Positions 43,150 through 53,605 of a DNA stretch of 64,000 nucleotides are shown here, piece by piece. Every line of letters begins with the position of its first letter. Within the stretch, counting starts at the first letter, position 1. The position numbers and the translations under genes are program-made. The DNA comes from an uncultured Pelagibacteraceae bacterium (GTDB lineage: Bacteria > Pseudomonadota > Alphaproteobacteria > Pelagibacterales > AG-422-B15), in NCBI GenBank assembly GCA_902526565.1, contig CABZLP010000001.1, forward strand, positions 64,361-128,360, read 5' to 3'. The notes beneath the pieces were generated by a model. That model did not search any database, was not told the origin of the DNA, and worked only from the letters and a program-made list of their open reading frames with translations.

Positions 43150-45154
43150 CAGCTGCTCTCCCTTTAAGGGCTACTATCCCTTTTGGTCTAAATTGTATAA
43201 ATAAAATAATAAAGATGATCATATAAGTTTGCGCTGCGAGAGTATTAGATGGATTGAACCATTCTATAAATTTTTGAAGGAACCCGATTAGTGAGGCTCC
43301 CGCTAATGTGCCCCATATGTTGCCCACTCCTCCAACAACCACTGTCATAAAGCTCTGAACTATATATTCAGACCCAAGCTCAGATGTAACCTTAGAAAAA
43401 AGTCCAATAGCAATTCCTGCGATTCCTGCAATTCCTGAACCAAAGCCAAAAGTTAACATATTTATTCTTTCAGGATTAATTCCCATGTTGGAGGCCATTA
43501 CTGGATTTTGGGTCACTGCACGAGTCTCCAATCCAAGTCTGGTACGATTCATTACAAAGAGCAACAAACCCAGAAATATTAGACTCAAAATAAATATGGC
43601 AATTCTTATATAACTGATCGATAGATCGTCGCTCAGACTGAGCGATCCATCAAGCCACGATGGAGATGTAAGTGGTCTTGCTTGTGTTCCGAAAATATTC
43701 TTTGCAATTTGTTGTAATGCAATACTGATCCCGAAAGTGGCCAGTAATGTATCAAGTGGTTTACGATACAAATGACGTATAACGAGTCTTTCCATGATCA
43801 CTCCAGCTATAAATGTAATTATAAATGCAAGGGGAAGTGCAACTAAAAGTGATAGTGTATGGTTACTTATAAATTGTTGAACAACATACCCCGTGTAGGC
43901 ACCCATCATGATAAATTCACCATGAGCCATATTAATTACTCTCATTACACCAAAAGTAATCGCTAAACCAATTGCTCCAAGAAAATAGATTGATGCAAGA
44001 CTTAAACCATCAATAAGTAGATCAATATATTTATAGATCTGAACTCTAAAATTTATACTAGCTAGAGTATTTAGTGCGGCATTTGTTACTTCAGAAGAAG
44101 TTTCATTGTAAATCGAATAAAATATAAATTTGTTTACTTCTTCATTAATTTTATTTTCAGAAATAAAAGGAGGTGCTAAATTATTTTCAACTAATTTATT
44201 ATAGGCAGCAATGCGAGATTGTTCATTGTCTAGTGAACTAATAGAATATCCTCCAATAGTATCTCCGCTAATATTTTGTTCTAATATTTTCTTTAATTCT
44301 TCTTGGGTAATCCTTTTTTTATAAACTAGATTATCTGCATATAATTTGTCATATGCATCATTAATTGATATCTCAACATCTTCATTAAAAAAATTAGTTG
44401 TGCCCGATGTTCCATTACTATTTTTGATTGTAAAACCAGGCACAATTACCCTAGCAATATTTTTATTATTAGGAAGAGAGATGCCGACTTTCACTTCTGA
44501 AGAATTGAGGAGTTGATTTAGAGAAGCCCTTATTTCGATCGCGGTATCGCCTTTAAAAGACTCGATTATTTCTAATTTTTTATTATTCGAGTCGGAGTAC
44601 TTAACAATTGCAAATTTTAGCAATCGATCAATAGCATTTTTTAGTTCTGCATCTGACTCATTTATGTAAGCATCTTGTAACACTTCCAAATGTTCAGGCC
44701 GGATATTTCTTTTTAAACTTTCTATGCTTTTTTGTCGTACATTAATATCTGAATTAGATATTTGGTATTTTACTAAAATAGAGTCTATTTTTGCTCTTAC
44801 TCCACTATTGGGTTTAATCTTTTTGATTTCTTTTTTGCTGTAATTGCCGATCCTAGTAAGACCATCTATTTCTAAGGCGTCAAGTGACTCTTCATTTTCA
44901 TTAACTATAACTACTTGTTTCGTATCTTTTATATAGTAAAGACTCTTCGATTTCCATAGTTCTAAAAATCTTGAAACAATTTCATCATCAAAACTTTGTA
45001 TGTCTCTTAGTATAGAATCAACAGTTTTTGCTGAACTCTTAATTATATTTTCTGAATTTTCTATTAAGAATATATTAAATTCATCATGGTGAGCAATTGC
45101 TGGTAGATTTATAAAAAAAGCATACAGAAAAATTATATAAAATTTAATTTTCAT
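43142..45154 (-). CDS. urtB: Urea ABC transporter permease with a ~370-aa N-terminal extracytoplasmic extension
   Basis: The C-terminal ~300 aa is a LivH-like permease (MRVINMAHGEF). The N-terminus has a signal peptide followed by a long non-membrane domain. Confidence 0.8.
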   Translation of the reverse strand: MKIKFYIIFLYAFFINLPAIAHHDEFNIFLIENSENIIKSSAKTVDSILRDIQSFDDEIVSRFLELWKSKSLYYIKDTKQVVIVNENEESLDALEIDGLTRIGNYSKKEIKKIKPNSGVRAKIDSILVKYQISNSDINVRQKSIESLKRNIRPEHLEVLQDAYINESDAELKNAIDRLLKFAIVKYSDSNNKKLEIIESFKGDTAIEIRASLNQLLNSSEVKVGISLPNNKNIARVIVPGFTIKNSNGTSGTTNFFNEDVEISINDAYDKLYADNLVYKKRITQEELKKILEQNISGDTIGGYSISSLDNEQSRIAAYNKLVENNLAPPFISENKINEEVNKFIFYSIYNETSSEVTNAALNTLASINFRVQIYKYIDLLIDGLSLASIYFLGAIGLAITFGVMRVINMAHGEFIMMGAYTGYVVQQFISNHTLSLLVALPLAFIITFIAGVIMERLVIRHLYRKPLDTLLATFGISIALQQIAKNIFGTQARPLTSPSWLDGSLSLSDDLSISYIRIAIFILSLIFLGLLLFVMNRTRLGLETRAVTQNPVMASNMGINPERINMLTFGFGSGIAGIAGIAIGLFSKVTSELGSEYIVQSFMTVVVGGVGNIWGTLAGASLIGFLQKFIEWFNPSNTLAAQTYMIIFIILFIQFRPKGIVALKGRAADD

Positions 45155-45161
45155 AATTTAA

Positions 45162-45200
45162 AAACGCCATAAAGAATATTAACTATTCTTTACAGCGTTT
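45162..45200 (-). terminator. Intercistronic stem-loop / partial terminator between urtA and urtB
   Basis: Stem arms AAACGC-CA-TAAAGAATA and TATTCTTTA-CA-GCGTTT around the loop TTAAC: 15 paired bases with a 2x2 internal mismatch. On the transcribed strand it is followed by UUUUU. Confidence 0.5.
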
Positions 45201-45214
45201 TATTTAGGTTAAAA

Positions 45215-46495
45215 TTAGTAGTTAGACTTTAACTGAACACAGCTGCTGGTCGAAGTATTATACATCCCACAACCTAAGCTTTGCCAATCTGATGTTAAAA
45301 CAGCTGACTCTGCTAAGTGATCTGTCCACGCATCTCCTGGAACCTCGGTCGTTTGGCTAATTATATCAAACTGACCATCCTCAAGGATCTCACCTATTAA
45401 AACAGGTTTAGAGAGATGATGATTTGGGAGCATTTCAGCAGTTCCACCCGTGAGATTTGGAACTGTAATTCCATACATAGCTTCTCTAACTGCATCTACA
45501 TCAGTAGTTCCAGCTTTTTCCACTGCTTTTACATACATGTTAAATCCAATCACGTGCGCTTCCATCGGGTCATTAGTAACTCTTTCTGGTCCCATAGTGC
45601 TTTTCCAGTTTTTGATAAATGCTGTATTTAAATCGGATTCAGCTGATTGAAAATAATTCCACGCAGCTAGGTGGCCAACCAAATTTGTTGTATCAAGTCC
45701 GGATAATTCCTCTTCACCAACTGAGAAAGCGACAACTGGTATGTCTTCAGCGTTCACGCCTGCAGCTGCAAGTTCTTTATAAAATCCAATGTTTGCATCA
45801 CCGTTAATAGTTGAAATAACACCTACCTTCTTTCCATCAGCCCCAAGTGCTACAACATCAGCAACAATTTTCGACCAATCCGAGTGACCAAAAGGTGTGT
45901 AATTTACAAAAATATCAGACTCAGGAATTCCTTTATCAATTAAATATTGATTTAGAATTTTGTTTGTTGTTCTAGGATAAACATAGTCAGTTCCAAGTAA
46001 TGCGAACTTTTCAATGCCTAGTTCTTCTAGATAGTAATCAGTAGCTGGTATAGCTTGTTGGTTTGGAGCGGCTCCGGTATAAAATACATTTTTTGAGCTT
46101 TCTTCACCCTCATATTGAACTGGATAAAAAAGTAATCCGTTAAGTTCTTCAATAACGGGTAATACAGACTTTCTAGACACAGAAGTCCAGCAGCCAAACA
46201 TTACATCAACATCATTGACAGTTATTAATTCTCGAGCTTTTTCGGCAAAAAGTGGCCAATCTGAAGCAGGATCAACAACTACTGCTTCCAGTTTTTTTCC
46301 GAGAATACCGCCCTTTTCATTTTGTTCATCGATCAACATTAACATTGTATCTTTTAACGTTGTCTCTGAGATTGCCATCGTACCCGACAGCGAGTGTAAT
46401 ATGCCAACTTTGATAGTATCTGCATACGCAGTGATACTAAAAAAGAAAAATGACATAACAACTATAATTTTCTTAATCATTATTCGTCCTTTCAT
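45215..46495 (-). CDS. urtA: Urea ABC transporter substrate-binding protein
   Basis: Has a signal peptide followed by IKVGILHSLSGTMAISETTLKD...VDPASDWPLFAEKAREL, which is very characteristic of UrtA. Confidence 0.88.
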   Translation of the reverse strand: MKGRIMIKKIIVVMSFFFFSITAYADTIKVGILHSLSGTMAISETTLKDTMLMLIDEQNEKGGILGKKLEAVVVDPASDWPLFAEKARELITVNDVDVMFGCWTSVSRKSVLPVIEELNGLLFYPVQYEGEESSKNVFYTGAAPNQQAIPATDYYLEELGIEKFALLGTDYVYPRTTNKILNQYLIDKGIPESDIFVNYTPFGHSDWSKIVADVVALGADGKKVGVISTINGDANIGFYKELAAAGVNAEDIPVVAFSVGEEELSGLDTTNLVGHLAAWNYFQSAESDLNTAFIKNWKSTMGPERVTNDPMEAHVIGFNMYVKAVEKAGTTDVDAVREAMYGITVPNLTGGTAEMLPNHHLSKPVLIGEILEDGQFDIISQTTEVPGDAWTDHLAESAVLTSDWQSLGCGMYNTSTSSCVQLKSNY

Positions 46496-46681
46496 TTTTT
46501 TAACTGCTACATAATTTCTTAAAAAAATTAGTGATACGAATCTTTACACTTGCCAATATGACATCTCGAAAAAAAAAATTTAAACATAATTTTTATATTA
46601 CTAATTAGTATCTATAATTTTAGTGATAAAAATAAATGACAATTATTTGTCAACTTGAAATTAAAACACTATGATAATTTC

Positions 46682-47479
46682 ATGAAAGTAAATCTTCAAA
46701 AATCTTTAGGCACAATTGATGTAGAGTTTATAAATAATGATGTTGAAAAATTATATCAGCAAGGATGCCTTAAAGCTTTACTACCTCAATCCTACTCTAG
46801 TTTGTCTCAACTAGTTTTAGTTAATACATCTGGAGGCGTAACGAGTGGTGATAAGTTTAATACCAAAATAGACATACACAATACACATATGCTTTCTACA
46901 AGTCAGGCTGCTGAGAAGGTATATAGTGGATATGGAGACGCGGCTGAACTTAAATATACAATTAACATTGATAATAGTACTCTTTTTTGGATACCAAATG
47001 AAACAATCCTCTTTGATAACTGCAACCTAAGGCGTCAAATTGATATAAATCTTTTAAATGATTCAAATTTATTTTTTTGTGAAACAGTTGTTTATGGAAG
47101 ATCAGCAATGAATGAAACGATTGAAAAAGGTTACTACGCTGATCGATGGAAAATATTCAATGATAATAAAATTGCTCACCTTGAAATCAATGGCTTTGAA
47201 GATAATATAAAAAGAATGCGGGAAAATAAATTTATGCTTAATGATAATATTGCTGTTAATACAATAATAATACTCGGTTCAGAGATGAATAAATTTTATG
47301 CTGTATTAAAGGAAAATATACATGATGAAAAAAGTGTAACTACTGGTATTTCAGAGTGGGCTGGTAAGATAGTAATAAGGAGTATTTCGTCTAATAACTA
47401 TTATTTAAAAAAATTTATAAAAAATATCGTGTCAATCATGATGAATGATAAAATTCCTTACATATGGGGTGCTGCGTGA
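46682..47479 (+). CDS. ureD: Urease accessory protein UreD
   Basis: It is the first gene of the ure cluster and has the [10 protein letters not shown] motif. The track start at 46655 is TTG, so in-frame ATG 46682 is preferred. Confidence 0.8.
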   Translation: MKVNLQKSLGTIDVEFINNDVEKLYQQGCLKALLPQSYSSLSQLVLVNTSGGVTSGDKFNTKIDIHNTHMLSTSQAAEKVYSGYGDAAELKYTINIDNSTLFWIPNETILFDNCNLRRQIDINLLNDSNLFFCETVVYGRSAMNETIEKGYYADRWKIFNDNKIAHLEINGFEDNIKRMRENKFMLNDNIAVNTIIILGSEMNKFYAVLKENIHDEKSVTTGISEWAGKIVIRSISSNNYYLKKFIKNIVSIMMNDKIPYIWGAA

Positions 47480-47778
47480 AGCTTTCCCCAAGAGAGATTG
47501 ATAAAATGATGGTCAGCATGGCTGCAATAGTCGCTCGAAAGAGGTTAGACCGTGGTGTTAAATTAAATTATCCTGAAGCCGTATCAATTATTTCAGATTA
47601 TGTTGTTGAAGGTGCAAGGGACGGGAAATCTGTAGCTGAACTAATGGAAAGTGCAGCACATGTATTAAAAAAAGATGATTGTATGGACGGAGTTGCTGAA
47701 ATGATTGCCGAAGTGCAGACAGAAGCAACTTTTCCGGATGGAACAAAGTTAGTCACGGTACATAAACCCATAAGGTAA
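47476..47778 (+). CDS. ureA: Urease gamma subunit
   Basis: A GTG start at 47476 gives (M)[11 protein letters not shown], matching the canonical 100-aa UreA N-terminus. The GTGA overlaps the ureD stop. Confidence 0.9.
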   Translation: MKLSPREIDKMMVSMAAIVARKRLDRGVKLNYPEAVSIISDYVVEGARDGKSVAELMESAAHVLKKDDCMDGVAEMIAEVQTEATFPDGTKLVTVHKPIR

Positions 47779-47785
47779 GAATGAT

Positions 47786-48094
47786 ATGATTCCTGGAGAA
47801 TTAATTACAAGTAACAGTGATATAATTTTAAATAAAGATTTAGTGAGTTTGACAATGAAAGTCTCCAATACTGGTGATCGGCCTATTCAAGTCGGTAGCC
47901 ACTATCACTTTGGCGAAGCAAATGAAAGTCTTGAATTCGATAGAAAGAAAGCCTTAGGCATGAGACTAAACATTTCATCTGGAACCGCGGTAAGGTTTGA
48001 ACCAGGGCAAACAAGAGATGTTGAACTTATTGAAATACAGGGGCAAAAAAAGTTATTTGGATTTAATAAAAAAGTCATGGGAAAAATAAAATGA
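47786..48094 (+). CDS. ureB: Urease beta subunit
   Basis: Starts MIPGE, with [15 protein letters not shown]. Confidence 0.93.
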   Translation: MIPGELITSNSDIILNKDLVSLTMKVSNTGDRPIQVGSHYHFGEANESLEFDRKKALGMRLNISSGTAVRFEPGQTRDVELIEIQGQKKLFGFNKKVMGKIK

Positions 48095-49797
48095 AAAAAA
48101 TTCCAAGACGGTCTTATGCAGCTATGTATGGCCCTACAACAGGGGATAAAGTAAGGTTAGCTGATACTGAACTTTTCATAGAGGTTGAAAAAGACCTTAC
48201 AGTCTACGGTGAAGAAGTCAAGTTTGGTGGCGGCAAAGTTATTCGTGATGGCATGGGACAGTCTCAGGTTTCAAGAAGCGATGGAGCTGTAGACACAGTT
48301 ATTACAAATGCTCTAATACTAGATGTAACAGGGATATTTAAAGCAGATATTGGACTAAAGAACGGAAATATTGATCATATTGGAAAAGCTGGTAACCCTG
48401 ATACACAACCCGGTGTGGATATTATAATTGGTCCAGGTACTGAAGTTATTGCAGGTGAAGGTAAAATTGTAACGGCGGGCGGCTTTGACAGTCATATACA
48501 TTTCATATGTCCTCAGCAAATTGATGACGCCTTACATTCTGGCATTACTACGATGCTGGGTGGAGGTACCGGACCAGCACATGGAACATTAGCAACTACT
48601 TGCACGCCGGGGCCATGGCATATCGGCAGGATGCTTCAATCATCAGATGCTTTCTCGATGAATTTAGCTTATGCAGGCAAAGGAAATTCTTCGATGCCTT
48701 CGGGTTTAGAGGAACAAGTTCTTGGTGGAGCAGCTGCTCTCAAACTTCATGAGGACTGGGGCTCTACTCCTGGTGCAATTGATAATTGTTTAAGTGTTGC
48801 TGATAAATTCGACGTTCAGGTCATGATACATACTGATACGCTCAACGAAAGTGGCTTTGTAGAAAATACAATTAATGCAATTAATAAAAGAACCATTCAT
48901 ACATTTCATACTGAAGGTGCAGGCGGTGGACACGCCCCTGATATAATAAAAATTTGTGGTGAACCCTATGTTTTGCCATCTTCAACTAATCCAACACGAC
49001 CATTTACTGTTAACACTGTTGAAGAGCATTTAGATATGCTAATGGTTTGCCATCACCTTGATAAATCAATACCTGAAGATGTAGCATTTGCCGAAAGTAG
49101 AATACGCAGAGAAACGATGGCTGCTGAAGATATATTGCACGATATGGGTGCTTTCTCAATCATCGCATCTGACAGTCAAGCTATGGGACGCGTTGGTGAG
49201 GTTATTATTAGAACATGGCAAACAGCTCATAAAATGAAAGTGCAAAGAGGAAGACTATCTGAAGAGCAAGGCGATAATGATAATTTAAGAGTCAAACGAT
49301 ACCTTGCAAAATATACAATAAATCCATCAATTGCTCATGGAATTTCTTCCTATGTTGGCAGTCTCGAAAAAAATAAAAGAGCTGATATCGTTATCTGGGA
49401 CCCAGCTTTCTTTGGCGTTAAACCTGAGATTGTAATAATGGGTGGAAGTATTGCCTGCGCTCAAATGGGCGATCCAAACGCATCGATTCCAACTCCCCAA
49501 CCTGTATATACCCGCCCAATGTTTGGAAGTTATGGAGGATCGCTTGAAAACTCATCGGTAACTTTTGTCAGCAAGAGTTCTCTGGAGGCAGGCAGCCTTA
49601 ATCATCTCAATATACAAAAAACTATGCTACCAGTAAGCAATACAAGGTCAATTTCAAAAAAAGATATGGTTTTAAATGATATTTGTCCAACTATAGATGT
49701 AAATCCTGAAACATATGAGGTTAGAGCAAATGGAGAAATTATAACATGTGAACCAGCGGAAGAACTGCCAATGGCACAAAGATATTTTATGTACTGA
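48091..49797 (+). CDS. ureC: Urease alpha subunit
   Basis: 568 aa with [26 protein letters not shown] and MVCHHL motifs. Confidence 0.97.
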   Translation: MKKIPRRSYAAMYGPTTGDKVRLADTELFIEVEKDLTVYGEEVKFGGGKVIRDGMGQSQVSRSDGAVDTVITNALILDVTGIFKADIGLKNGNIDHIGKAGNPDTQPGVDIIIGPGTEVIAGEGKIVTAGGFDSHIHFICPQQIDDALHSGITTMLGGGTGPAHGTLATTCTPGPWHIGRMLQSSDAFSMNLAYAGKGNSSMPSGLEEQVLGGAAALKLHEDWGSTPGAIDNCLSVADKFDVQVMIHTDTLNESGFVENTINAINKRTIHTFHTEGAGGGHAPDIIKICGEPYVLPSSTNPTRPFTVNTVEEHLDMLMVCHHLDKSIPEDVAFAESRIRRETMAAEDILHDMGAFSIIASDSQAMGRVGEVIIRTWQTAHKMKVQRGRLSEEQGDNDNLRVKRYLAKYTINPSIAHGISSYVGSLEKNKRADIVIWDPAFFGVKPEIVIMGGSIACAQMGDPNASIPTPQPVYTRPMFGSYGGSLENSSVTFVSKSSLEAGSLNHLNIQKTMLPVSNTRSISKKDMVLNDICPTIDVNPETYEVRANGEIITCEPAEELPMAQRYFMY

Positions 49798-49799
49798 TT

Positions 49800-50243
49800 A
49801 TGGAAATTTGTAATTCAATATTAAGTAACTGTAATTCCTCAAAAGAGTTTGATACAATTTCGCTATCTTATGAGGAGAGATTCATGCGACGCAAAAAATT
49901 AGTTTCTGACAAAGGTCATGAATTTCTTGTTGATCTTGAAGAGATGAAATCAGTCACGAGTAATCAAGCGTTCAAACTTGAGAGTGGAAAATTAATTAAT
50001 ATAAAATCAAAAAAAGAAAATTTAATTGAGATCAAGTCAGAAGATTTAAATAAATTAATATGGCATATTGGGAATAGACATATCCCCTGTCAGATTGAAG
50101 CTACGAGAATTCTAATACAAAGTGACCATATAATTGAGGATATGGTGAGAAGACTTGGGGGGCAGACAAAATCTGTGATTGAACAATTTAATCCTGAAGG
50201 TGGGGCTTACGGTATGGGAAGAACGCATGGTCACAAGCATTAA
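49800..50243 (+). CDS. ureE: Urease accessory protein UreE
   Basis: Supported by its position in the cluster, the GNRH motif (HIGNRHIP) and a His-containing tail THGHKH. Confidence 0.8.
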   Translation: MEICNSILSNCNSSKEFDTISLSYEERFMRRKKLVSDKGHEFLVDLEEMKSVTSNQAFKLESGKLINIKSKKENLIEIKSEDLNKLIWHIGNRHIPCQIEATRILIQSDHIIEDMVRRLGGQTKSVIEQFNPEGGAYGMGRTHGHKH

Positions 50244-50886
50244 AAGTAAAGACTTTTTAGATTTAAAATCTCATCAAATTTTACATCTTTGGTTTTCGTC
50301 TTCATTTCCTATTGGTTCATACGCATATTCGCATGGTCTCGAGGCTATAATTGATGACAAGCTTATCAAAAATAAAAATGACGTATTGGCATTTATTAAA
50401 AGTATTCTCTTTGAGGGAACATGCAGAAATGAGTATATCTTTATCAAGGCTACCTATGATGGAATTAATGTAAATGATTTAGTGCTTGCAAGTTGCTCAT
50501 CCAAGGAACGTCAGCTTGAAACACTCAAAATGGGTGATGCCTTCAGAAAAATTATGTCTGAGAGTTGGGACTATACAATAGATAATGAAACCACTTTTCC
50601 AGTTTGTATTGCTCAAGCAGGAATTAAATTTCATATTGCCTTTGATGATTTGGTTGATTTTTATATTCAATCATTCATATCAAATTTAATTAATATATGC
50701 GTTAAACATATACCTTTAGGTCAAAAAGATGGTCAAGATTGTATGGTGTCATTTCTTGGAATGATGAAAAGATTTTATAATACTATGAAAGACTATAGCT
50801 TAGACGATTTACGCAATTCAATGTTTTGTGCGGATATTTACAGTATGAAACACGAAAATCTTACATCCAGAATTTATGTCACATGA
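50227..50886 (+). CDS. ureF: Urease accessory protein UreF
   Basis: Has the motif [16 protein letters not shown] 50227 is preferred over the track start at 50179. Confidence 0.8.
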   Translation: MVTSIKSKDFLDLKSHQILHLWFSSSFPIGSYAYSHGLEAIIDDKLIKNKNDVLAFIKSILFEGTCRNEYIFIKATYDGINVNDLVLASCSSKERQLETLKMGDAFRKIMSESWDYTIDNETTFPVCIAQAGIKFHIAFDDLVDFYIQSFISNLINICVKHIPLGQKDGQDCMVSFLGMMKRFYNTMKDYSLDDLRNSMFCADIYSMKHENLTSRIYVT

Positions 50887-51503
50887 ATAATTTTCGAGGT
50901 CCATTAAAAATTGGTATCGGCGGCCCTGTAGGTGCGGGTAAAACAAGTCTTACTGAGGCTTTGTGCAAAAATTTATCTAAAAATATTTCAATGGCAGTTA
51001 TATCGAATGATATTTACACAATTGAAGATGCCGAGTATTTAATGAGAGCTCAAGTTTTACCAATTGAGAGAATTAAAGGCGTCGAAACAGGTGGATGCCC
51101 TCATACCGCAATTCGAGAAGATGCTTCGATTAACCTCTTGGCTGTAGAAGAAATGAAACAAAAATTTCCTGATTTACAGTTGCTATTGATTGAGTCAGGT
51201 GGAGATAATTTGGCTGCAACGTTTAGTCCGGAGTTGGTAGATTTATCAATCTATGTGATTGATGTTGGAATGGGAGGTGATATTCCTCGTAAAGGTGGAC
51301 CAGCAATAAAAAAATCTGATTTACTAATCATCAATAAAACCGATTTAGCAAATTATGTAAATGTTGATTTAGATCAAATGAAATTAGATGTTGAAACTGC
51401 CCGATCAGGCATGCCTTATATTTTTGGTGAAATGAAGAATAATAAGGGAATAGAAAATATTGCTGAATTTCTCAAAACTGAGGGCGGTCTTGAAATAAAC
51501 TAA
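50883..51503 (+). CDS. ureG: Urease accessory GTPase UreG
   Basis: ATG 50883 overlaps the ureF stop (ATGA) and gives [21 protein letters not shown], followed by ETGGCPH and ESGGDNL. Confidence 0.93.
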   Translation: MNNFRGPLKIGIGGPVGAGKTSLTEALCKNLSKNISMAVISNDIYTIEDAEYLMRAQVLPIERIKGVETGGCPHTAIREDASINLLAVEEMKQKFPDLQLLLIESGGDNLAATFSPELVDLSIYVIDVGMGGDIPRKGGPAIKKSDLLIINKTDLANYVNVDLDQMKLDVETARSGMPYIFGEMKNNKGIENIAEFLKTEGGLEIN

Positions 51504-53605
51504 AACCCACTTTCCTGAATGAGTATTGAGGTAGTTGCATTAAATATATTTTGAAAAATATTATAATTTTCAGAATCTATTTTTACAGATCCGGCAGTCT
51601 GCCATTGGAAATCTTTCGGATTCTCTGAAGAAGAAAAATTTAATTGATAAAGAGCATTTTCTGGTCTCTGAACCTGTTTCTTTCCAAGTATCTCTCTTGA
51701 TGCAATTGTGCCTCCATAAGTTGAGGTCAAAGCCAAATACGGCAACTCTTCGGTTGAAGTTTCATTTGATGATACTAATTCGACTTTGACTTTCGCAAAT
51801 TCATTATTTTTTGCATGAAAGTAACCGCTTGAAACTTTTTTTATTTTATTAAGATCCGTCTCACTAACAAAAGCTATCACTTGCACTTCTTCTGACTGAA
51901 CAATTGAAAATAGCTTATCTTTTTTATTTACCCATTGATTAGCGTTTAGACTTTTCAAATCTTTTATTATACCATCAGATGGCGCATAAATTGATAATGC
52001 TTTATTCTCTTCTTTCAATGAATTCAAAATTTCAATCTCCTTTTGTAACTCATTCTCAAGTATTAATAGATTGCTAAGATCAAGCTTTGATCCCACTCTA
52101 CGATCAAGTTTTTGCTGTATCATTTTCACACGGTCAATTGCTTTTTCGACTTTATTAGAAATCAATGGGTTCGCCATAATAACTAGCAAATCACCTTCAG
52201 CTACGTATTGATCATGCGAAATAAAAACCTTTCTAATCCTTGAATCTTCAGAGGCAAAAATATCAAGAACAACACCTTCTTCAATAACTGCTGGCAAACT
52301 AAGGGATGTACGCCATGGAACAAGCATAGCAAACATAAACACTGCAAATAAGATGATTGACCTCATAGAAGATCTATTGAATTTCATAGATTTTCTAAGC
52401 TTCCACCATTCAATGACTTCTCTGGCAATCGGCAATAAAATGAACCATAGAATTTCTACTATAAATAAAATAATTCCTAATATTTTAAATGTTAAATAAT
52501 AAACCAATAACGCAATACCAATAAAAATGAAGAAACGATAAATCCACGTAGCCCATGCGTAAATTATGAAAGTCCACCTTCTGTTAGCAATCAACTGTTC
52601 AGGTGGTTGAAATTTAAAACCAAAAAGCCACTCTCTTATCTGCCATCGACCTAAAGCAAATGAACGTGGTTGCAAATTTTCAGCTTTAAGGAAGTCAGAT
52701 AGCACATAATAGCCATCAAACCTCATGAAAGGACTTATGTTTATCAATAAAGATGAAATCCAGCTTGATGTAGCAATGAAAAAAGCTGCACTTTTCATTA
52801 TGCCTTCAGGAAATACAGCCCATGCAAATGTAGCAATCAAGGCTAGGTGTAGTTCAGTTAACATACCTGCAAAATTTATTAGTAAACGTTTTCTGTGGTC
52901 AGTGAGTTTCCAGGCATCGGAGGTATCTGTATATAAAAACGGAAAGAAAACCAACATAGCTAAGCCAATTGATGAAACTTTACACTTATAATATGTAGCT
53001 ACGTATGCATGACCCAACTCATGTAAAGCTTTTACAAAAACAATTGTAATTCCAAATAAGATCAAACCATTAATGTTGTAGAAATATGAAAAGGTTGAAA
53101 GAAATTTTTCATAATTAGTTATTGTCAAAAATATTCCGATTAAACCTAACCCATAAATAATACGTCTGACTGATAATGAGCTTAAAAACAAGGCAATGGG
53201 TAAACTTCTTTGAAGCCAAGTAACAGGTCTTACTAACGGTATTTTGAAAAATAGATAATTGTGAATAAGTTTAAGCAGCCAATGTTTATTGGTTTTATTT
53301 TTTTGAACTACTAAAGATTTAACTTCTTCACTTGTCTTTTTGATAGTTAAATTGTTTTGATCAAGAAAGTTTATGAACTCACTTATTTCTTCTTTAGTTA
53401 CTAATAATTTCGTTTCATTAATTTTTTTTATGAAATCTTCTAATTGAGATCCACTTGACCAATTATTTAAGAGATCAAAAGCATTTTTGTTTATCGAAAA
53501 ATATTTATTTCTCAAAGAGTCATATAGAAGCCATGATGAAGAGCCGTCCTCTTTTCGGGGGCCTTCGCTCAATTTTAAATCTTGTCTAAGATATGGGACA
53601 ATCAT
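51500..53605 (-). CDS. Fusion protein: PqqD/RRE-like N-domain, site-2-protease (M50)-like polytopic membrane domain and HlyD-type membrane-fusion domain
   Basis: HELGH lies at aa 195-199 (nt 53009-53023) and [10 protein letters not shown] at aa 289-298 (nt 52712-52741), matching the S2P motifs HExxH and NxxPxxxxDG. The C-terminal ~260 aa has lipoyl-like halves flanking a coiled coil ([12 protein letters not shown] ... [12 protein letters not shown]). Confidence 0.7.
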   Translation of the reverse strand: MIVPYLRQDLKLSEGPRKEDGSSSWLLYDSLRNKYFSINKNAFDLLNNWSSGSQLEDFIKKINETKLLVTKEEISEFINFLDQNNLTIKKTSEEVKSLVVQKNKTNKHWLLKLIHNYLFFKIPLVRPVTWLQRSLPIALFLSSLSVRRIIYGLGLIGIFLTITNYEKFLSTFSYFYNINGLILFGITIVFVKALHELGHAYVATYYKCKVSSIGLAMLVFFPFLYTDTSDAWKLTDHRKRLLINFAGMLTELHLALIATFAWAVFPEGIMKSAAFFIATSSWISSLLINISPFMRFDGYYVLSDFLKAENLQPRSFALGRWQIREWLFGFKFQPPEQLIANRRWTFIIYAWATWIYRFFIFIGIALLVYYLTFKILGIILFIVEILWFILLPIAREVIEWWKLRKSMKFNRSSMRSIILFAVFMFAMLVPWRTSLSLPAVIEEGVVLDIFASEDSRIRKVFISHDQYVAEGDLLVIMANPLISNKVEKAIDRVKMIQQKLDRRVGSKLDLSNLLILENELQKEIEILNSLKEENKALSIYAPSDGIIKDLKSLNANQWVNKKDKLFSIVQSEEVQVIAFVSETDLNKIKKVSSGYFHAKNNEFAKVKVELVSSNETSTEELPYLALTSTYGGTIASREILGKKQVQRPENALYQLNFSSSENPKDFQWQTAGSVKIDSENYNIFQNIFNATTSILIQESGF

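Noticed and set aside
46496-46681. Sigma-54 (-24/-12), NtcA (GTA-N8-TAC) or NtrC sites in the urt/ure divergent spacer.
   Set aside because: TTGGCAAGTGTAAAGA on the minus strand has the GG but lacks the -12 GC element. No convincing palindrome was seen.
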